Source: an uncultured Sphingomonas sp. (GTDB taxonomy: Bacteria > Pseudomonadota > Alphaproteobacteria > Sphingomonadales > Sphingomonadaceae). From it: DNA of 62,404 nt. The stretch covers positions 1 through 62,404 of the forward strand of contig CBIHLI010000001.1 of assembly GCA_966210575.1 (NCBI GenBank). The letters run 5' to 3'. Below, piece by piece: positions 57,607 to 62,404 of the stretch (positions within the stretch are counted from its first letter, which is position 1; every line of letters starts with the position of its first letter). The notes below the pieces were generated by a model. That model did no database searches. It saw nothing but the letters and a program-made list of their open reading frames with translations, and had not been told where the DNA came from. Position numbers and translations under genes: made by a program.

Positions 57607-57860
57607 TTTGCGGGTCCTTACTGGCGATTGACTGCGGGTGAAGCGGTGGACAACCGCAAAAATAAAACGCGTCTGCCTAGTTTTACTTTCGGATTGTTAC
57701 CTCTTCGACTTTTGACTTGTGTAATGCTGGTTCAGCGCCTGTTTTCTTGCGGCTGTCGTGGACGGCTCCCAGCCTCGGAAATCTCCGAAGAGTGCGAGCT
57801 GCTGGCCCTCGTCTGGGAACATGCAATCGAGCGCTGTGCAGACCCAGCACCGACAGAGGT

Positions 57861-58067
57861 TCACCAACTCGCCTTCCGCACGGAATAGCGGCTCACGATG
57901 TGTCGCACGCCATCCTCGAATTCGATCTGGATGCTGTTCATCTTGCCCCGAGCGACCACTCGGCACCGCTGCCCATGGCGATCGGGAAGCCGAACGCGCA
58001 GGCGCCAGTAATGGTCGAACGTGGGCCCGTTCCCATCGCGGAACGTCACGACCGGCTTGCCTTCCAT
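57861..58067 (-). CDS. Small conserved phage protein
   Basis: R.GQRCRVVARGKMNS..IEFEDG motif. Confidence 0.65.
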   Translation of the reverse strand: MEGKPVVTFRDGNGPTFDHYWRLRVRLPDRHGQRCRVVARGKMNSIQIEFEDGVRHIVSRYSVRKASW

Positions 58068-58291
58068 TCCTCAAATACGATCGCATGGACCTGGCACAGA
58101 TCCTTGCCGGGAGCCGGCGAGACAGTGCAGCGGTCGCAGATCGGCGCGTCGCAAGTTCCGCTCCGCTTGGTCGGCACCTTCCAGTCGCAAAGCAGCCGGG
58201 CGGGACGGCCGCACTTGCATTTCGGTCGCCGTCGCGAGCCACAGACGATGGCTGTTGCTCCGCCCGGGAGGGTGACGCGCTCGCACGTCAT
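58046..58291 (-). CDS. Cys-rich zinc-finger protein
   Basis: LLCDW...TCDAPIC..C...DLC..H. Confidence 0.7.
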   Translation of the reverse strand: MTCERVTLPGGATAIVCGSRRRPKCKCGRPARLLCDWKVPTKRSGTCDAPICDRCTVSPAPGKDLCQVHAIVFEEWKASRS

Positions 58292-58668
58292 CCGAACATC
58301 CTCTCGATCTCGCCGACGTCGATGTGCCCCTCGTCGAACACCGCGACGATCCGTTTCCAGTTCTCCTCGAGCAGGCGCTCGGCCTGAACCGCCTTAAGGC
58401 GAGCCGGTGATCCCGGCGGCAGATGCCAATAGCAGCGGGTCGGGCAGATCTTGTGCCAGCGGCGATAGAGGAACGTGCGGCGGCGTTTGAGACGCTTCGG
58501 CACCTGGCGCCAGTGAGGGCCGCAGATCCATGTCGGATGAGGCAGGCACGTTTCGACCCCGATCGTGCCATCCGGCCAGGGCTCAATCCGCGTCGTTCCT
58601 CGCCGGCACCCTTCGACCATGCACGCGACGCGCGGAAAGCCGGATTTCTGTCGTTGACGGACAATCAC
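58288..58668 (-). CDS. Cys/His-containing hypothetical protein
   Basis: C...GC, WIC..HW..VP motif; GTGA overlap with thyX. Confidence 0.6.
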   Translation of the reverse strand: MIVRQRQKSGFPRVACMVEGCRRGTTRIEPWPDGTIGVETCLPHPTWICGPHWRQVPKRLKRRRTFLYRRWHKICPTRCYWHLPPGSPARLKAVQAERLLEENWKRIVAVFDEGHIDVGEIERMFG

Positions 58669-59369
58669 ACGTCCCTGCCGCGTTCCCATGCCTCGATGCA
58701 CGCCGGAGCGACCGCCCGGGCCAATTCTTTCATCGCCTCGGCATAGACCCGGATCTCGTACTGCGCGTGATCGTGATCGCGCAGCGTCAGAAACTTGAGC
58801 AGGTTGAGCAGATCAACCGTCGCGAACATGTGGCTATAGGTGCTGACCGGCAGGACCGATCGCGCCAGCTCGCGGGGCCAACCGCCCCCGATCAGGCGCC
58901 TGTACATGTTGAACGCGTCCTCACAGGTGCCGCGTAGGAGATCGACCTCGACGCTGCGTCGCTCGAGCAAAAGCTCTTCGTGCAAGACTGCGCCGGTCCC
59001 GATGACCCGGGCCTGCTTATTGTCCTTCGACTGCTCGCCGATCAGCGCAGGATCCGGAACATAGAACTCCTCGGGCAGCTCGCGGTAGCGGGCGCTCAGC
59101 TCGTTGAAGGACCAGGTCCGATGGCGGTGCCACTGGCGAAAGACAAAGATCGGCGCCTTGACCTCAAACGTCATCGTCACAGCCTCGAACGGCGACGTGT
59201 GAGCATTCCGCCAGAGATAGCCGATCAGTCGCTTGTCCGACCCCTCGTTGTCGCCAGCGCGCCAAGCCGCATCATACGAGACGCGAGCTGCACGAACGAC
59301 GCTGAGGTCGCTACCCATGGAATCGACCAGACGCACAAAGCCGTGGTCGAGCACGTCGACCTTATCCAT
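58665..59369 (-). CDS. thyX: FAD-dependent thymidylate synthase
   Basis: AARVSY, HTSPFE, RQWHRHR..SFNELSARY, ELARSVLP, HAQYEIR. Confidence 0.96.
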   Translation of the reverse strand: MDKVDVLDHGFVRLVDSMGSDLSVVRAARVSYDAAWRAGDNEGSDKRLIGYLWRNAHTSPFEAVTMTFEVKAPIFVFRQWHRHRTWSFNELSARYRELPEEFYVPDPALIGEQSKDNKQARVIGTGAVLHEELLLERRSVEVDLLRGTCEDAFNMYRRLIGGGWPRELARSVLPVSTYSHMFATVDLLNLLKFLTLRDHDHAQYEIRVYAEAMKELARAVAPACIEAWERGRDV

Positions 59370-59580
59370 CCTGTTGCCTCCTGTTTTCGATTTCTCGGTC
59401 GAGATACCAACGGGCTTTCTCGAGATCCTGTACGGCTGCACCTTTGTGCTCAGCGCGGGCGATATATTTGACGGCATTGCCGAGGCTGAAGCCGAGACCC
59501 CAAGCCTCGATCACCTTGATCGCCTCATATGGATTGTCCGCGCCGCCGTAGTGCGCGGGATGGTTGACCGCCTCGGCCAT
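59362..59580 (-). CDS. DUF3310 family protein
   Basis: VNHPAHY, GNAVKYIARA..KG...DLEKARWYL. Confidence 0.9.
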   Translation of the reverse strand: MAEAVNHPAHYGGADNPYEAIKVIEAWGLGFSLGNAVKYIARAEHKGAAVQDLEKARWYLDREIENRRQQDG

Positions 59581-59733
59581 CTCAAGTTCTCCTTTCGGTG
59601 AGATCAGGGCTGCAACATTCCCGGCCGAGCGACCGAATGGGTGCATGGCACCTCGGGCAATAGGGGTCGCGAACCGGACCCGTGTAGAGATGGGGCCTGG
59701 ACGGCTGGGTCGGCAGCTTGGACGTCCGCTCGG

Positions 59734-62229
59734 TCACGCCAGCCCCGCGTCCATGTCATAGGCCGGTTGATGGGCGTCGACTGTCAAGGCCAGCGCCCCG
59801 GGCTTCACCCAGATTTCGCGGGTCGAGAGGGTGAAGGTCTCGCCCATCTCGGCCAGGAGGATCGTCTCGCCGATCGTCTCGGCGATTCCTCGAGCCGACT
59901 TCGACGGCACGGCGTTGCCGATCCATTCCCGCTTCGTCGCATCGCTCGAGCTCTCGAGGTCGAAGGCGTACCGTGCCCGCCAAGTCTGTCGGGCCTCGTC
60001 GAAAAAGAACACCTCTTCCGGATCGACGATCGACTGCAGCGCAGCCAGCTCGAGCGTGCTGAATGGGCGATGCCAGGTCTCATCGGTACTGATGATGCGG
60101 CAGACCAGCCGGTCCTCTGGCTTCGGCAGCGCGATCAGCGGCTCCTGGATCTCAGCCGGCCGAGGATCCGCGACATTCCCGGGCCCGTTGTCGTGGCCGA
60201 GGGTGGCCGACACCGTACCGGCCGAGTTGTCCCAGCCGACGACGCCATAGTGCCCGCATGTCTGGTAATGCTCGCGGCGGACGTCGGCGACACAGGGCTG
60301 CCCACCGGTTACGCTGTGCCCGCCGCTGGTGATCGCTCCGGCCGCGTCCTGGTCGGGAGTGACCCTGAGCACGTTCTCATGCCTATTGCCCCAGCTGCAG
60401 CGGACGTCGGCGACGGCGAAAGCGCCGTTATCACGGCCGCCGATGACTGATCGAGCCGCCGCGCCAATCCACATCTCGACGCGGTACTTGCCGTGAAGGG
60501 CGCCGGCGTCAGGGCCGCCTCGAGGATCGGCGAGGGCGAATGCCCCGTCGCCGGTCGTGCTGGCACCAATCACCGCGCGTGTCGCGCCGGCCCATGGCGT
60601 GATCTTGTATTTCGTCGTCTCGTAATCCCGCTCGCCCATGCGAGGATCGGCGACACAGGCGCCACCGGCTGGTCCACCCGGGCCAGCAACAGCATTGGCC
60701 TCGCGGTCGATCGGCACGATGCGGAAGGTATTGTTGAAGCGCGGCCGGCCCATCATCCGGACGTCGGCGATCGCATAGGGCCCGGTACCGACCGAACAAT
60801 CGCCCTTCACCGCCGCCGCGGCTTTGCCGGCCCATGGCCTGACGCCCAGCATGACGCTCTTCGGATGGCCGTCGACGCGAGGATCCGCGATCGAGTTCGC
60901 TCCGCATGTCGGCTTCGGGCTGGACCCGAGCACGCCGGCAAATTCGCTCCAGTCCAGGACGCCGAGGACGTAGCGATGTGTCGACGGACCATAATCGGGC
61001 CGTGGATCGGCGATGCTGTAGGCGCCATTGGTGGCGCCGCCGCGCGATGAGATGGCCCCGACCGACATGCTCCAGGTGTTCACGCCGAGATATTCGTGGC
61101 CGAGGCTCAGCGATCGATCGGGGCGAGGATCGGCGATCGCAAAGCGGCCGTTCGTCGGATAGCTCTCGCCCTGGATCGTGCCGATATGGCCGTCCCAGGT
61201 GCCGACGCCGAGGGTGGAAGAGCGGTCACGGCCATCATAACGGACATCGGCCACGGAAAACCGGCCCTGATAAGGCGAGCGCTGCCCGGTCAGCAGCGGT
61301 GCGCTGTCCTCCCATCGGCAGACGCCAAGGCCGTTGTCGCGCAGGCCTTCCGGCAGGATCCCGTAATCACGAAGCACCCCGTCGACCACGGCGAGCTCGT
61401 TCAGTGCCCGCCAATCGCGGCCGGCCGGCACCAGGGCGAGGCGAAGCCAAGTTTTCCATTGAAGGGCAGGGACCCGGTGCATCGCGCCGGCGATAGGATC
61501 ACCCGGCAGCGGCAGCTTGCCGATGACCTCCCCAACGCCGCGGAGCCGGTGCTTTTCCGGGGTATAGATGAAGTTCGGGATGATCTCGCGCTGGCGGGCG
61601 ATCAGCAAAAAGCGCTTCCGGCTTTGGGCCAGGCCGCCCAGCTCGCCGCAGTCGTGGACGGTCTCGGCGACATTGTAGCCGTAGGAGCGGAGGATCGCGC
61701 AGATCTGGTCGAGAAGGTAGCGCCCGCGGTTGGCGATGCGCGGGACATTCTCGAACAGGATGATCGGCACCGGATCATCCTTATAGGCTTCGCAGAGCAG
61801 CCAGACGCCGCGAAGGGTCAGGGCGTTGAGCGCCTGGTACTTGTCGGTGAGCGACTGTTTCGAGCTGAGCAGGCCGGAGAAGCCTTTGCAGGGCGCCGAG
61901 AGGAAGGCGACGTCGACCCTGGGCCCGAACGTGGCCATGATGTCGGCCGGCCCTGCCTCGCGCCATCCGGCCGGCGGCTCCTTGCCGTGGAAGGCGAGAT
62001 ATTGCTCCCTCGAGAAGAGGTCCATGACGGTGCCCTCGGCACCGGTCAGCCGCTTGAAGTTCCGGATCGCGCCGGCGTCGACATCGATGCCGCCCCGACA
62101 TTCGAATTTGGCGACGACATTGCCGACGCGGGGGTTCGCCTGGTTGAAGCCCCGAGCTCCGGCGCCGACGCCGCAGAAGAGATGGGCGTGGCTGATGACC
62201 CGCTCGAGGACGCGGTTGTGGAAGTTCAT
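59734..62229 (-). CDS. C5-cytosine DNA methyltransferase with internal tandem repeats
   Basis: HLFCGVGAG, PCKGFS, ENV, QSRKR, IGNAVP; ten AD(P/V)R repeats. Confidence 0.93.
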   Translation of the reverse strand: MNFHNRVLERVISHAHLFCGVGAGARGFNQANPRVGNVVAKFECRGGIDVDAGAIRNFKRLTGAEGTVMDLFSREQYLAFHGKEPPAGWREAGPADIMATFGPRVDVAFLSAPCKGFSGLLSSKQSLTDKYQALNALTLRGVWLLCEAYKDDPVPIILFENVPRIANRGRYLLDQICAILRSYGYNVAETVHDCGELGGLAQSRKRFLLIARQREIIPNFIYTPEKHRLRGVGEVIGKLPLPGDPIAGAMHRVPALQWKTWLRLALVPAGRDWRALNELAVVDGVLRDYGILPEGLRDNGLGVCRWEDSAPLLTGQRSPYQGRFSVADVRYDGRDRSSTLGVGTWDGHIGTIQGESYPTNGRFAIADPRPDRSLSLGHEYLGVNTWSMSVGAISSRGGATNGAYSIADPRPDYGPSTHRYVLGVLDWSEFAGVLGSSPKPTCGANSIADPRVDGHPKSVMLGVRPWAGKAAAAVKGDCSVGTGPYAIADVRMMGRPRFNNTFRIVPIDREANAVAGPGGPAGGACVADPRMGERDYETTKYKITPWAGATRAVIGASTTGDGAFALADPRGGPDAGALHGKYRVEMWIGAAARSVIGGRDNGAFAVADVRCSWGNRHENVLRVTPDQDAAGAITSGGHSVTGGQPCVADVRREHYQTCGHYGVVGWDNSAGTVSATLGHDNGPGNVADPRPAEIQEPLIALPKPEDRLVCRIISTDETWHRPFSTLELAALQSIVDPEEVFFFDEARQTWRARYAFDLESSSDATKREWIGNAVPSKSARGIAETIGETILLAEMGETFTLSTREIWVKPGALALTVDAHQPAYDMDAGLA

Positions 62230-62241
62230 GCCGCGGCGCCT

Positions 62242-62259
62242 GCGGTAAAAGTGCGGTAA
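62242..62259 (+). promoter_or_regulatory. Putative integrase arm-type sites (2x GCGGTAA)
   Basis: Matches pair at 1851-1868, same 11-bp spacing. Confidence 0.6.
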
Positions 62260-62349
62260 AATCGGCGCCGATTCCCGATCCGTTCACGGCTCGTCCCGCG
62301 ACATCGGAACGAAAAAATGGCGGATTTCTGCGGGTTCGCGGAATAGTCT

Positions 62350-62404
62350 CTGTGTTCACACCGCAGGGGTCGCAAGTTCAATCCTTGCCGCGCCCACCAC
62401 GCCT
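62350..62404 (+). repeat. attR core (duplicated tRNA-Val 3' half)
   Basis: Identical to 1738-1792 up to the window end. Confidence 0.95.

Noticed and set aside
62271-62296. Alphaproteobacterial LexA box (GTTC-N7-GTTC)
   Set aside because: Only degenerate half-sites (attc/gttc/gtcc); too weak to call
62350-62399. Second tRNA gene
   Set aside because: Lacks the 5' acceptor strand and D-arm; it is the att duplication

Overview
A GC-rich alphaproteobacterial locus (lon-hupB-tRNA-Val, probably Sphingomonadaceae) carries an apparently complete ~60.6 kb lambda-like prophage. It is integrated in tRNA-Val(CAC) and bounded by a 55-bp direct repeat (1738-1792 / 62350-62404). The prophage has integration, recombination, CI/Cro, replication, head, tail, lysis and right-arm accessory modules. 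Two RNA-level systems are hidden from the ORF track. (1) A TIGR-Tas-like RNA-guided system heads the leftward early operon: a nuclease-less Nop/IS110-domain protein (TasA-like, 10534-11625). Four stem-loop dual-spacer guide units (stem-CCN-N9-YG-N4-CCN-N9-YG-stem) lie in-frame in its own 5' coding region, separated by small hairpins, and a fifth unit lies inside the upstream partner gene. (2) Three complete type II hammerhead ribozymes sit between stop codons and RBSs in the right-arm operon that leads to a beta-clamp fusion and a DNA ligase. Other items are a phage acyl carrier protein, an M23-peptidase tape measure, a -1 frameshifted tail chaperone, thyX, two orphan methyltransferases and ACAA-N5-TTGT operators. 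All calls come from reading the sequence; no database search or folding program was run.
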